Part shown: one piece after another, positions 37,159 to 50,691 of the stretch
Numbering within the stretch: the stretch's first letter is position 1
How the letters are laid out: every line of letters begins with the position of its first letter
DNA from: Antedon mediterranea
Lineage: Eukaryota > Animalia > Echinodermata
Length of the DNA stretch: 64,000 nt
Direction: 5' to 3'
Assembly (NCBI RefSeq): GCF_964355755.1
Contig: NC_092675.1
Coordinates: forward strand, 22,292,912 to 22,356,911
Notes under the pieces: model-generated
Database searches by the model: none
The model's input: the letters and a program-made list of their open reading frames with translations, nothing else
Told to the model about the DNA's origin: nothing
Translations under genes and position numbers: made by a program

Positions 37159-37683
37159 AGACCCCTTCCCTACAATTTGTGATGTTTTGTAAAAATACAT
37201 ATACTGTATATTACTTTAAAAACATTAAACCAGGTCATTCCTTGTCTTAAATGTACGTTTTATGGTAAATTATGATAAAAAGTGAGAAACAATGCACTAC
37301 CTAAGTAGCTTGCGGCGAATGACCTCTCGTGGACGGTCTTTAGGCCTAGCTAGGCTGAGTTTTTTAGGCCTCTGGTAAACATCGGTAACGTACAAACATC
37401 GTATGCTAGCTATACTGTATACCTAGCCTGACGTTTTGTAGTTGCTGCATTAATTGTCTTTCTATTTTTGCCAGACTTCGTTGATATAAATTGGGCAAAA
37501 CCCAAAACAAAAATCAATCCGCGCGCAATGCATTTTGAGATTTATAGTGGGCGGCTATAATTATTAGAATCGACTTATTTTTCACATTTTAATCGTTTAA
37601 AGACGAAAAAAGTTATCGCAATAAATACATTAAATATAGTTTGTGATCTTAAATTAGATCTAAAAAACGTAGGGAAGGGGTCT
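37159..37683. mobile_element. Non-autonomous DNA transposon (MITE), Kolobok-like
   Basis: TTAA|AGACCCCTTCCCTAC ... GTAGGGAAGGGGTCT|TTAA: perfect 15-bp TIRs with a TTAA duplication. Confidence 0.8.
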
Positions 37684-38795
37684 TTAAATTGCAATGATAA
37701 TTGATACATAGAAACTACAGTATAACTGTAAAATATATGTGTTACCATTTTATATGGATCTTCGTTAGGTTAGAGACTAATAGGTATGTTCACATGTACG
37801 ATGTAAGGCTAGCGTAAGTCATGCGTAACCTATGCCTTTGAGTGTGAACCAGGCAGTGGTATTTGTTATCTCCACTCACTACGCTACATTGTGAAGTTAT
37901 CTACGACAGCTACATACCGCATTAACTAACGCCATTGGTTTTGATTATTGAAGAAAACATATATTTGTAAATTTTATGATTGCTACATTTAAAAAAAAAC
38001 AGAAACAGCCCTCTTTTATTACTTGGATAAAAGATTATTTTTTATTTCTCCTGAGGTTTAGGAATATAATAAATCAATAAAAAGCAACCATAGCCTTTAC
38101 TACAAATTTGCTATATGATAACATTTTAGCCTTGGTTTTTTAAAGTAGAATACAATTTGTTATTGTTTTTATTGTTTTTCTAATAACAATAGGATTTGTT
38201 AAACAGGCTTAGGGAAACTTTCAAGTGGTTTCCTGACTTTCTCTTCTAGACCACAAGTCTAGATAACGAAGGTTAAATCATGTCAAATGAAAGTACTGTA
38301 ATCAACTTTAGTTTCACATTATTCTATTAAAATGTTTAATATTTAATAATTAAGCCTTTGTTTATTGGAGTAGCAATGGTCTAAGAAGCCATTTCCATAA
38401 AATAAAAAAATGCAAAAAAAATGATGATATTCTTCTTTCGAAACAAACACTTAAAAAACGATTAACAAAAATGTGAATAACATTTCTACTCAAAGTAATG
38501 CCGGTAATTAACTCGGTAATACATGTTGTGTACAGGTGTTGATGTCTTGTCCACATAGACTGCACCTAATTGCTCACAAACACAGTTTTTTGCTGTTTTA
38601 TTTGGTAATTGAAACTGTAATCGATTAATGTTTTTTTACATTTTTATGAAAATCATTTCTATCGCAAGGAAAAAGTAGCATTTAGTAATTTCATGCGTTT
38701 CCTAGAAATTCTGGGGCAACATGTTTAATCATTGATATTTTTAAACTTCTAAACAGAAACACTGTGTATCATTGGTGTTTTGAAACTTCTGAACA

Positions 38796-39147
38796 TTAAA
38801 TTACAATTTGCATAGAACATTTAATACAATCATTTTTATGATTGTATTCTTCTTTTTCAAAGATTTCTAATATTGCTGCAAAAAGGTCTTTTTTGTTGGT
38901 AGGATTAACTGATGCAACTACAAATATTTTACTGGTGCTGAACCAAACAGGTGCTGTGAATTTCTGACCAAGTGAGGTCCATATTCTCAACATTTTCTGA
39001 CCACACACCCTGGCCCATGTTTGGTGCTGAGGTGGTTGAGACTAGCTCACATCTACCCTTAAATCCGAAATCCTCCCTAAAGATTATCCAATCCTCAACA
39101 ATCCCAACCATGTTTATTTTGCTGACTGGAATTTGTTTACTGTACAC
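38796..39147 (-). pseudogene. Frameshifted death-domain-like coding relic
   Basis: Two overlapping frames give EDWIIFREDFGF... and CGQKMLRIWTSLGQKFT...TNKKDLFAAILEIF, resembling the death-domain pattern dW..la..Lg / ..mL..W....T / r.Dl...i. Confidence 0.4.
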
Positions 39148-41149
39148 TTACTGTATGGTTTGATCAATTATGCTTATTGTACCTTAAAAAGTAAATAAAT
39201 ACAATATTTTGGTGATTATTATTAGGTAAAATTGCATTAAAATTAAATTAAAAGTACATTAAAAATAATTGTTAAAATATTAAGTATATAGTATATAACT
39301 TCTTGGCTGAGTCATCTAAGCCCGCATCTAAGTTTTTAAAAAATATTTTGCTTGTATTGCCCGAAACCCGGAACAGTGTTGATAATTTAGATGATCATGA
39401 TTTTCTAGTATACAGGACGTTAGTTCATCTTTAATGAAAATTGACACTAAGTACTCGGAGACAATTATCCTGAATGCAGGTTTCTGGAGATTTGTGATTC
39501 ACTGATGTTTTAGACTGGCTGTTGTGAGATCACTTTTGGATTAGTAGAATAATTCTCTTGGCTATGGGATTTAGATAGTAGTAGAGTTTGAATCTCATCA
39601 GTAGGAGATTAGTAGAGTGTAATTCTCATGAGTAGGAGATTTGGTTGTTTGTAGTTGGTAACACTAATTCTTTTCATGCACCCTTACTGGCTTGTGAAGT
39701 GATAATAAGGAAAGCAAGGGTGGGATACCCCCTTTGAAAGGTGAAAAAAAGGCTTTAAGAAGTGTCTCAAATGTCGGGTAGGCTTCAGACTTGACTGTTT
39801 GCTAATTCTTCAGCAGTCGCTTGGGTATAGGATTAGATGGGATTTTATTTATCTGATGACAGACTATATATTTAGTCTTAACTATTATTAGGCAGCAGTC
39901 TGTGATTTTTATTCTTCAGGTAAACCGTTATTAAGTAAATGATTAAAGATAACTAATGATAAAATCACTTGATTATCAATTATAATATAAAATATTTCAA
40001 ATTTTTATAATTTGTCTTGATGAAACATTAGTATATTAAATTTCAGATATATGGTTGAGGAAACTTTTTTTTGTTCTTTCGATCATAAGTATTTATGATT
40101 CACATAAACTATTATTATTTACGGTAAATAAAATGTTCAACAGAATTTTTTTAAACCTACTCATTTACATACAGGATAGAGAATCATTGTATTAAAAAAC
40201 TATTGCAATAATTAACAAAATTCATCTTCATTTCCACTGACTAAACACGCAATTGTGATGATGAGTAGTTATAATAGTTTGATGAGTTGGCCAAAGATCC
40301 TGGTTATGAATAACAAAACATGTCTTAAAGTTATTTTGCCTTAAAATAGATAGTGGTGACTTGACTATTTTATCATTTGTTAATTGAAAAGCTGGTGGCA
40401 AGTCTACCAAAGAAGCTATAATGTTTTAGGAAATTACTCATATTTTGTAGTAAAGAGTTTCCTTTAAATGATAAACAAGCAATCATTAACAACAAATCAA
40501 TTTCTTTTCCTGCTGTTAATGTCCATTGCATAAAATAATTTCCTTGTAAATCCAACTTTTCATTTGCAGGAAATAACCAGATAGTTATTAAATTAGTTTT
40601 CCTGTTTCAGAGATCTTTTGTTGTGGGGGAGGGGGATGTGTGGCTGTGCACACTTTGAATTTGCAGCACTACATATTTTGTTACAGTACAAATCATTGGT
40701 AAATAGTTTCGTTATTTACGATAATAAATCATAGACTTACTTAAACTTCTCATCACCTTTCTATTTCATGTGTGTTAAAACTGTTACAACTACAGATGTT
40801 TATAAATTCTCAAACTCTTTCTTACACCCTGCCCCTACTACCAAATCCTAGTATCAGGTATACCAATTCACCATTGCTGAAAGTTCGGATTGAAAACTAC
40901 AAAAAAAGGAATAAAAATAATATTGATAGGAGCAAATTGCCTAATGCTTTTCAGTAAACAACATTCCTTGTTACCTTTTTTATTGGTCTGAATGCCTAAA
41001 GTCTGTGGTCAGACAAGTAAAATGCTGAACCCTGGATTTTTACTGCATGACCTACATGTAAAAAAATTCATGACTTTATTTTAACCCAGGACCTGGGAAC
41101 TTAACACCCACACAGAAGTTATTTTTCACACATTCAATATAAAATTTAA

Positions 41150-41716
41150 GAGTATGTTGAGACTCACGGAGTTACGGTGGAGTTATGTAAGCGGCGTACA
41201 CATTTTTGTGTCTGAACCATGCCGCGGATTAGCATTAGGGAGCTGTTACTCCGCGCCAGTGGTAGATTTCATAACGCTAATCCAGTGATGCATCAGTGAT
41301 TTTAACCTTAACCACTGAAAATACACGACCACGATTAGCAGACAGCAACTACATACCTGTACCCTATGAGACGACAGCGAAATAGCTATGTCAAATGTAT
41401 TTTCAGGTTCAGATTTTAAAGAACAGTAAAGTTGGCGTCAATTAATCAGATAATAGTCCGTGTAACAATTACGTTTTAAATTATTTTGAATTAAATCAGT
41501 ATATTTGAAAAAAAAACAAAAAACAATGTTAACTTTCATGCATTGTCATGAATGTACACATAGAGTTCTATCTGCTTTGACCTGATAAGAGTGTTTTAAA
41601 CGCAAGGCATTAGAATGTTGGTAGTTTTGTCTGAACACCTTGGCTTTTAACGCCACGGATTACCGTACGCCGTACGTAGATAACTCCACCGTAACTCCCT
41701 GAGTCTGAACATACCC
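41150..41716. mobile_element. PIF/Harbinger-type MITE
   Basis: ~37-bp imperfect TIRs (GAGTATGTTGAGACTCACGGAGTTACGGTGGAGTTAT and ATAACTCCACCGTAACTCCCTGAGTCTGAACATACCC) flanked by TAA on both sides. Confidence 0.8.
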
Positions 41717-42135
41717 TAAAATTGAAACCTTCCATAAACACTGCGAAAGCCACCCACAAGTTTTTTGATCAAATCAAATCAATTTCTATAGGTACTGAAA
41801 ATCATTACTTGAAGAAACAAAATTATCTTTAAATAATTTAATGTAAATAAGATAACATTTTTGGAAAATTCAGAGGTCTTCATTGTTTTTGGAATGCTGC
41901 GAAAAAATTGGTCATAGGCCCACTAAAAAATGTTGCTCTTTGTCTTTACAAATGCTATGGAAGGTTAAACTACCAATTTTATTGATTGACATAACATTGC
42001 ATTTACCTACTGTACTTTGATTACTTAAATTGTGTATGATTCACTATACTTAAGTGCTCGTAAGATAAATCGTTTAAAAAGTTTAAAAGTTTTTGATAGC
42101 TAGGTTGTAATTTTCAGATTTGTTTTCCCCAGATA

Positions 42136-42354
42136 ATGGATTCTACTAGTTCGTTCTTCAGCTCCAGTGTCCGTACAGATGCTACTAGTGCGTTGAATAC
42201 ATCATGTAGAAGTGTCCCTACCAATGCTACTACCAGTGCTTTATCTTTATCCACCCCAGGTTCCTCCAATCTTGGTAGTACCACTATCAGTAGCCATGAT
42301 GTTCAGGTTTACAATAATCCAGAAAGACATGACCTGTTTGAAACACGTTCTGAG
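42136..42354 (+). CDS. MSH5: Probable MSH5 first coding exon (Ser/Thr-rich N-terminus)
   Basis: A ccccag acceptor lies just before the ATG; 73 open codons MDSTSS...FETRSE; strong GAG|gtaaga donor in phase 0, matching the phase-0 acceptor at 53778. The assignment rests on position and phase, not homology. Confidence 0.6.
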
Positions 42355-45300
42355 GTAAGAAAAACATTTTGTGGGAATGATTGAGTTGAATAAAAAGCGC
42401 ATCACCTCCAAAATTTTGAACAGAAAAGGCATTCTCTTCTTTTATTTTCAATTGGCAAAAACGATCACTTATTATGCACAGATTTTGAAATACGGAAGAA
42501 GTCTTGCAGAGATGAAAGAATGACATGCTCCGCTCTGGAACATAAGGTCATACTGTAAAATGTTCTTAGATATCATCACTGTATGATACTTTTTGAAGCA
42601 TTTTTCCACCGTGTTCCTCAGCCTATATTAAAGTATGACTCATGGAAACAAACAGGCATACCACTTTTTCACTTATGGCAACCAAATATAACATAAATTT
42701 GTCAACATCTAAAAGCAGTGTTTTTTTTAACCACCACTAAACATGGGTTTTTAAAATATGCTATTTAACATACCTTCCCCAAGAAATATATACTAAACTC
42801 TCTGAATAACTGGAAACTCCCAAAACCAGACTTCTTAAGGTTCAAACGATGCCATCATCATTAAAAACACATTCTGAATATCAGAATTTCTGGCAAATAT
42901 AGAAATATTTGGACAGCTCAAAGGGTGTAAAGTATTGGGAGAGTTCACTGTATGTATTGCTAATTGATTAACTTAAAAAACAAACCAAAACACCTATACT
43001 ATGAATCAAAGGGTGTATGGTTTACACAACTAATTTACTCTGCAATAACTAATGACATAAAACATGCTAATTTAATTGTACTGCTAAGTTGTTGCACCAG
43101 TGTTATTGGGGGAAACAGTATGCGGCCGATCACGCTGTTCTAACGAATGCATGTGAAGAAGTCAAGGCCCGTTCAATGGTAGGGTGTGGTAAGAGACCCT
43201 GTTAGACCACTGTGACTAATGTCCCTATAGACCCATGTCCAGGCCCAACATAACATGTTGACTGTGTCACTTCTTATTGCTGTAGAATCCCTGCTTAATA
43301 CAAAGAAGGTCAACACAGTGGGTGTATGAGGCTGCCTTTCAATCACTTGTCAGTTGTAGCAATATTATTATCATAGTATGTTTATTTTACTCTTAAAAAG
43401 ATACAAACATTGTCAACATACTCAATTTAAAGATACATTGTCACTCTTTTAAATATGAAAATTAATTTGATAAAAAGTATTTTTAGTCCACCTTCCTACT
43501 TTTTTTCCTTGTCGATTTTGTTTTTTTTCTTGCTGATTATTAATATACAGTTAATGGAAAAAATGGAATAAGTGGAAACAAAATGTAGAATCTATATGTC
43601 ATTTCTTATCACCATTTACACAAAATGTGGAGTTGACGAGTGGGAGTTGAAACCCCTCCGGATAGATGCAGTCGTTACATGGGACAAGCTCGTGCTTTTC
43701 CGCTTACCGTTACCACTCGCATGTGTAAATTGAACTTAAAGGAGAAAGTTGTTGAAGCTTATCAACAACACCTGTAAACAATCGCGCCTAGACAGCCTAC
43801 AATAACTTTGCCTTTCTAATCTCTAGTAATTTCTTATTCAGAATGTGTAGGATGCCATTTGACTGTTAGTGTTAGTGTTACCAAAGGCTCTACAAGGCTC
43901 TTGTGATTAAAATTACACTTTACACACATTATACAAATCCTTTCGAGGAATACCCGCAACAATACATTCTTTTCTTCCATTTTAAATCCTCAACTGTCAT
44001 GTCTATTCCTCTAAACGTGAAAACAAAATGAAACTTTTATTATGAAATGAACTGCATTGCTGCAGTGAGTCTATGCTTAAATAACATATTAGTTATCATA
44101 CTTAATTAAGCCACCAAATACGCCATTAATCGTGAGCCTTCAAAACTGATTTTGCAATGAGGGAAATGTTTGACCTGACACTGGATTTGAACAAAAACCC
44201 ATGAATTGTTATTTTAAACAATACTTTTAAACCATGCTGCAGTGCCACTACACAGAGGTACATTAAACCACATTGCTAATATTTATTAAATAGAAACCAA
44301 GTTTGAACTATACTGTAATTTATGCAAGTTATTTTAAAACTTTCTAATCAAAATGAGTCATGGAAACCTAATCCACAAATGATGCAAGTCACAGTATCTT
44401 GATAATAAACTACTTGTACTTTTTAATTCTTAACTTTCGACTTTTAAAACAATTTGCTTGACACTTGGTTAGTCATACTATTTCAATAATAAACCTTTAA
44501 GATTTAAAAGATCATTTATATAATCATACTTAATTGCTGATTCTTAATTCCTTCAAATTGAATTTTCTGAAAAGAAACTTATCAAGTTGTAGATTCTTTC
44601 CCAGTTTATTGAAAACGATTAATATTTTGTTTAGATAAAGTTTTGGGATGTCAGATAGTTGATTGTGTATGATAGTTAAACACATGTCTGTATGGATAAG
44701 GCTATAGTATGGAGTGTTTATCTCCATACTACAGTACCATGTATTCTTGTTGAACCTATGCCAAATCATTTTAAAATAGCTTCCCCAAAGACTATGGTGT
44801 TGAATGAAGTTGCTTGCCATATCATTCACTGGCCTTGTTATATATAGGCCGAAACAAGCTCATTTTCAAATTTCATTTATAGAAAGTTTCTTCACAGGCA
44901 AAAACTTAGTACCATCTAGATCTGGTTATTGGTTTATTTAAACTTCAAAATCAGTGCCATAGCGTAGGAAGAAAGGGACCCTCCAACAATGGGCAGTTGC
45001 AACCCTGACCCTCATTCTATGATGCCTCTTAAGCTCTGGAACGAGCCCTGGATTTAGCCAGTGAGCGCTCATAGCTGTTGTCCAAAATATAATATGCTTT
45101 TGGCAAGTCAAATATTTTTATATTTGTTTTTAATGGGAGCAAGTCTAGCAGTGCTTATGTCTTGGGTTCATATCTCACTGAGAGTAATAGTCAGAAGCTA
45201 GTGGATTTTTTTTTTACCAGTACCAGACATGTTTCAATGTATTTATTAGAGATGGCAGTATTAAAAAGTTCATAACTGCAGTACTATTGTTGTTTGGAAG

Positions 45301-46959
45301 TGGAAAAAACCCCTTATGTTTTATTGAAATGAAATTCTACTAGTACATATTTAATAATCCACACCCTAAAAATTGCTCCTTTTGTAAAATTATTAAATGT
45401 CATAAAATTGATGATTTTGCACTTTTTGTACACCTGTGCGTCACTATATATCATAAACGAGTTTGTTTTTTCATAGTATGACCACGTTTATCCGTTTTAT
45501 ACAGCTATCGTTTTGCTTAAAACTTTATTCACAGTGAAATGGTGATTCAGTGTTTTCAAAAGTTTTCATTTGAAGAATGTGTTGTCTATGACTAAGATTC
45601 ATAAGAGGGTCATCGTGATTCGCTAGTCATCATTGAGCACTAGGCTGTGTCATCCCCGCAAGTGACTCACATCCTTGCTTTACTGTTGCCGGTTCACTCT
45701 AGGTTACGACATTAAGATACAAACTGCACGCAAACTTTTTGCGGTGTAAGATGAACAACAAGAACTTGTCACCGATATCGTTTGAAAACAAGAGATTTGT
45801 TTAGGGAACAGGCCTGGATAGAGGCCTAGAATGTATTCTCAGACATACTCTTCTTGTATGGTACCTTGATAATTCTCAAGTGCAATAACTTTATCAAAAT
45901 ACAATACTTTTATTTTTATTGCCACTTTTTTTTGCATTATCAAACAGTTAAGAATTATAATTATTATTATTATATTATAAACAACAGTTTATTAAACTTA
46001 ATTATATTATTTTTACAATGGCCTGTTTATGCTTATTTCCTACACTTACAACAGTCCGCAACTTCTTGCAAAATTTTGATTTAATTTGTGGATCTCAATT
46101 TCTAGTACCTTTTTTGGCATATGGTTAAATGATCTCGCAAATAATTTTAGAATTGTCAACAGTACAGTATTATATGAATACTGTAGTAATGGTCGTCAAA
46201 TGTCAATGTTTGAAGGATTTATCACTATACTGATCCATTACACCTTTGGCTAGATATAACTAGGATGAGTTCCAAATATGGCAACATCAATAAAATACAG
46301 TGTACATTATATCATTCCTGTAACTGGCAGGTTGGATGTTTATGAAAAAAAAAAAAAAAGTGACCTTTCCACATCCCTTCAACCCCATCTTTGAATTTGG
46401 TTTACTGCTAGTGCTACTTTATTGTTTACAAGCATGATTGTTTCGTGAATCCTCCCTGTCATGAAATAGATAGAAATGATAAAAGCAATGAATTTGTCAT
46501 TGAAAAATTTTCAACAAAATAAGGTTGTTTGGTTGTGTTTATTTGTCAGTTTAATCATTTAAATGTGTATCTAATTATCAAATTAATGTGGTATAAATCA
46601 TTAAATAGAAGTTGAATCATTTCCGTCAACTTTTAAGATGAGGAAGAAACAACGCTGTTGCCGCTGACTCAGCCAGCAGGTGATTTAAAGTGTTATTACG
46701 TAAAGGATGTCTTACTTAATCCAAATTAAATAGTTGGGAAATTAAGTATCAAGGGAGAACTGTTATCTAATTAGCACTATATCATCAATACAGTGGGGTT
46801 TAAATAACATAGCTAGTGGTGTAGACATTGAGGAAGGAACTCCCCTTACTGAATACCCGCATGTCTGCACTTCAACAACCAAAAGTACAGTTTTTATTAC
46901 AGTTGAATAAAAAATTAACATTGGCATATTTAGAGAAATACATGTTACAGTTGGTTTTT

Positions 46960-48680
46960 CTGTGACACTACCACTTTGTGTCTACTCCTCTACCACGTAT
47001 CTAATTTACTACTGACTACTCTACTTCTACCTTGGGACTACTCTTGTTGTACCACCTTGTGACTACTCTTGTTCTACCACCTTGTGACTACTCTTGTTCT
47101 ACCACCTTGTGACTACTCTTCAACCACCATGTGTCTACTCTTGTTCTACCACCTTGTGACCACTCTTGTTCTACCACCTTGTGACTACTCTTGTTCTACC
47201 ACCTTGTTTCTACTCTTGTTCTACCACCCTGTGACTACTCTTGTTCTACCACCTTGTTGTTTCTACTCTTGTTCTACCACCTTGTGACTACTCTTGTTCT
47301 ACCACCTTGTGACTACTCTACTTCTACCACATTGTGACTACTCTTGTTCTACTACCTTGTGACTACTCTTGTTCTACCACCTTGTGACTACTCTTGTTCT
47401 ACCACCTTGTGACTACTCTTGTTCTACCACCATGTGTCTACTCTTGTTCTACCACCTTGTGACTACTCTTGTTCTACCACCATGTTTCTACTCTTGTTCT
47501 ACCACCCTGTGACTACGCTTGTTCTACCACCATGTGTCTACTCTTGTTCTACCACCTTGTGACTACTCTTTTTCTACCACTATGTGTCTAATCTTGTTCT
47601 ACCACCTTGTGTCTACTCTTGTTCTACCACCTTGTGACTACTCTTGTTCTACCACCTTGTGACGACTCTTGTTCTACCACCTTGTGACTACTCTTGTTCT
47701 ACCACCATGTGACTACTCTTGTTCTACCACCATGTGACTACTCTTGTTCTACCACCTTGTTGTGTCCACTCTTGTTCTACCACCTTGTGTCTACTCTTGT
47801 TCTACCACCTTGTGTCTACTCTTGTTCTACCACCTTGTGACTACTCTTGTTCTACCACCTTGTGACTACTCTTGTTCTACCACCTTGTGACTACTCTTGT
47901 TCTACCACCTTGTTGTGTCTACTCTTGTTCTACCACCTTGTGTCTACTCTTGTTCTACCACCTTGTGTCTACTCTTGTTCTACCACCTTGTGACTACTCT
48001 TGTTCTACCACTTTTGTGACTACTCTTGTTATACCACCTTGTGACTACTCTTGTTCTACCACCTTGTGACTACTCTTGTTCTACCACCTTGTGACTACTC
48101 TACTTCTACCACCTTGTGACTACTCTTGTTCTATCACCTTGTTGTTTCTACTCTTGTTCTACCACCTTGTGACTACTCTTCAACCACCATGTGTCTATTC
48201 TTGTTCTACCACCTTGTGACTACTCTTGTTCTACCACCTTGTGACTACCCTTGTTCTACCACCTTGTGACTACTCTTCTACCACCTTGTGTCTACTCTTG
48301 TTCTACCACCTTGTGACTACTCTTCTACCACCATGTGACTACTCTTCTACCACCTTGTTGTTTCTACTCCTCTACCACCATGTGACTACTCTTTTACCAC
48401 CACCATGTGACTACTCTCCTACCACCTTATGTGACTACTCTTCTACTACCTTATGTGATACTCTTCTACCATCTTATATCACTACTCTTCTACCACCTTG
48501 TTGTGTCTACTCTTCTACTACCTTGTGACTACGCACCTTGTGACTACGCACCTTGTGACTACGCAACTTGTGACTACGCACCTTGTGACTACGCACCTTG
48601 TGACTACGCACCTTGTGACTACTCTCCTACCACCTTGTGATTACTCTCTACCAACTTGTGGCTACTCTTTTTCCACACCA
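46960..48680. repeat. Minisatellite, 25-bp unit CTACTCTTGTTCTACCACCTTGTGA, with 22-bp and 15-bp derivatives at the 3' end
   Basis: 25-bp period read directly (47341, 47366, 47391); the 15-bp unit CTACGCACCTTGTGA occupies about 48520-48620. Confidence 0.97.
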
Positions 48681-50691
48681 TGTCTTTATTAAATTCACTG
48701 CAGGAATGGCTTAACTGAGATCATTTTTAATATAGTTTTTAGTCTCTTTGATTGAGTTTGGCATAATTGGTTTGTTTAAAAAAAAAAAAAAATTTTTTCC
48801 ACTATATAACATAAAGGCTGCGATCCAAATTAATTCTTAATCTGTATACTCAAGTATTCGAACATGTTTTTTAGTTAACGTTACACATAAAATTGGGCTA
48901 ATACCCTCTGCTTTCATTTTACTTTATATTAAGTTTAGGTGGAAGTTACCCTGTTTTCTATTTCCTCTTTACCCTAATTAGTCCCTAAAATGTTGTCCTT
49001 GCTCCAACTTGCCCTCGTCCTAATATCTCAACATTTTGACCCTTTATCCCCAATAGACGTGAACAAATGTTCAACATTTTCTTGCAACGTAAATAACAGG
49101 ATTTTCTTTATTAAATGCAATTATAGGTGATAGTTTGGTATTTTTTAAATGTATTTAAAATTTCTATATACTGTATAAAATACCTTTTTAATAAATTATG
49201 CATAAAGTGACTAAATAAAACAATATGTTTTATTATATTTTAATAATAATAAATTAATAATGACGTTATTATTTCTTCATTTAAAAATTAATGTAATTTT
49301 CTTTATATATATTTATCGTTTTGATTTAGCTTTTTGCTTATTTTATTTTGTATCTCCATTGAGTTCCAGCCACTGATACTGACAGCATTGTCATTACTTT
49401 CAGTAATTTGCCTTTGTTAAGAAGTTTTCTGTAAAAAAATGTAAAGAAGTAAAGAAATGTAGATTTGTATGATATTCAAAAAGTGAAACTGGTACTTATT
49501 ATATAGGCCTATAGAGTCAATTAAGCCTGTACACTGGGGACAAGGGTTTCATAACCCTCAACATAAATGTCTTTTATTTATTAAGCTTGGAATAAACCAG
49601 CCAAACACGATTGACAGTACTTTAATTTTACAGCCAGGTTAGTACACTTGTTGGCCCTCCATTTTCCCCAGGGCTTCACAAATTAAGGCGGTGGTGAGTT
49701 TGGCCTCGACAAGTTCTGTGATATTTACCACTTTTTCAAATGTTGGCAAGTATGTAGTAAATTTTGTGAAATAATTTTATTTTGATCGTAACAGAATGTA
49801 TTTCATTGAACTTAATTTACCAGAAATTGATAAGGAAATTCTAAATACGAGAGGCTTATTGATTGGCAAGAAGTCAAATGCCTTACAAAGGTAAAAGAGC
49901 CACCTACACTTGAAAACAAAGCTTTCAAAATGTCTTTCCTTCCTACATATTAAATCTGTTTTGACAGATTCACCCAAGAATTCATGTCAAGTTATTGACC
50001 CTTGTGTTTAAAAAAAAATCTAAAAATTTTCAGTTTTAAGTTTTTTATTCAGTTTTAATCATGTATGTCAAGTGTAAAAAAAACTCAGCTTTCAAATTTA
50101 AAAAATCCCTCTCCCCCCCCCCCCTCCACTTTTTTTTTAATTACAAATTGGTATAGATAATCTATCATTTGTAATCTTTTTGTTATATTAAAACAGAAAG
50201 TAAGTTTTTTATACCAAAAATGACCACTAAGGAAGTCGTTATATAAATAGATAGTACCGGTATAGACACAAATTATATTGATAACAATTCTCATTTTCAG
50301 AACATGATCTCATTACTGCTTCGAACACCACTTGTCAATGAAAGTTTAATTTTTTTGTAGAAAAAAAAGTTTTATTTGATTTTACTCTTCTTCTTTATAC
50401 TGGGTGACTTTCTTTATATTGTTCCAGGACCATGATCAGCATACCTGGAAATGGTCCCATATTCTTATTGAATAATGTGCAATTATTGTAACTTGTAAGT
50501 TCAAGTGATCCCAGCAGCCTTGCATCTGAGCTGAAGAACGAGGAATGTCACAGACAGGTCTCGGACCCATGCCGATAACATTCTCCCTTAATACTACATT
50601 ACAACATAATGCTCTCTCCATATGATATAGGAATAAGATGGAAAATTATACAGTTAGCAGTACTAATGTTTAAGTACTGTAATGTTTAGCC

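Noticed and set aside
39853-39885. Hammerhead ribozyme (CTGATGA followed by an AGACT/AGTCT stem); similar core at 33892
   Set aside because: The required GAAA after stem II is absent and no stems I and III were found.
46960-48692. CRISPR-like array, or Cys/Thr-rich ORFs (47069, 47872, 48226, 48407, 48498)
   Set aside because: The units are contiguous with no unique spacers, there are no cas genes and the context is eukaryotic; the ORFs are translations of the minisatellite.
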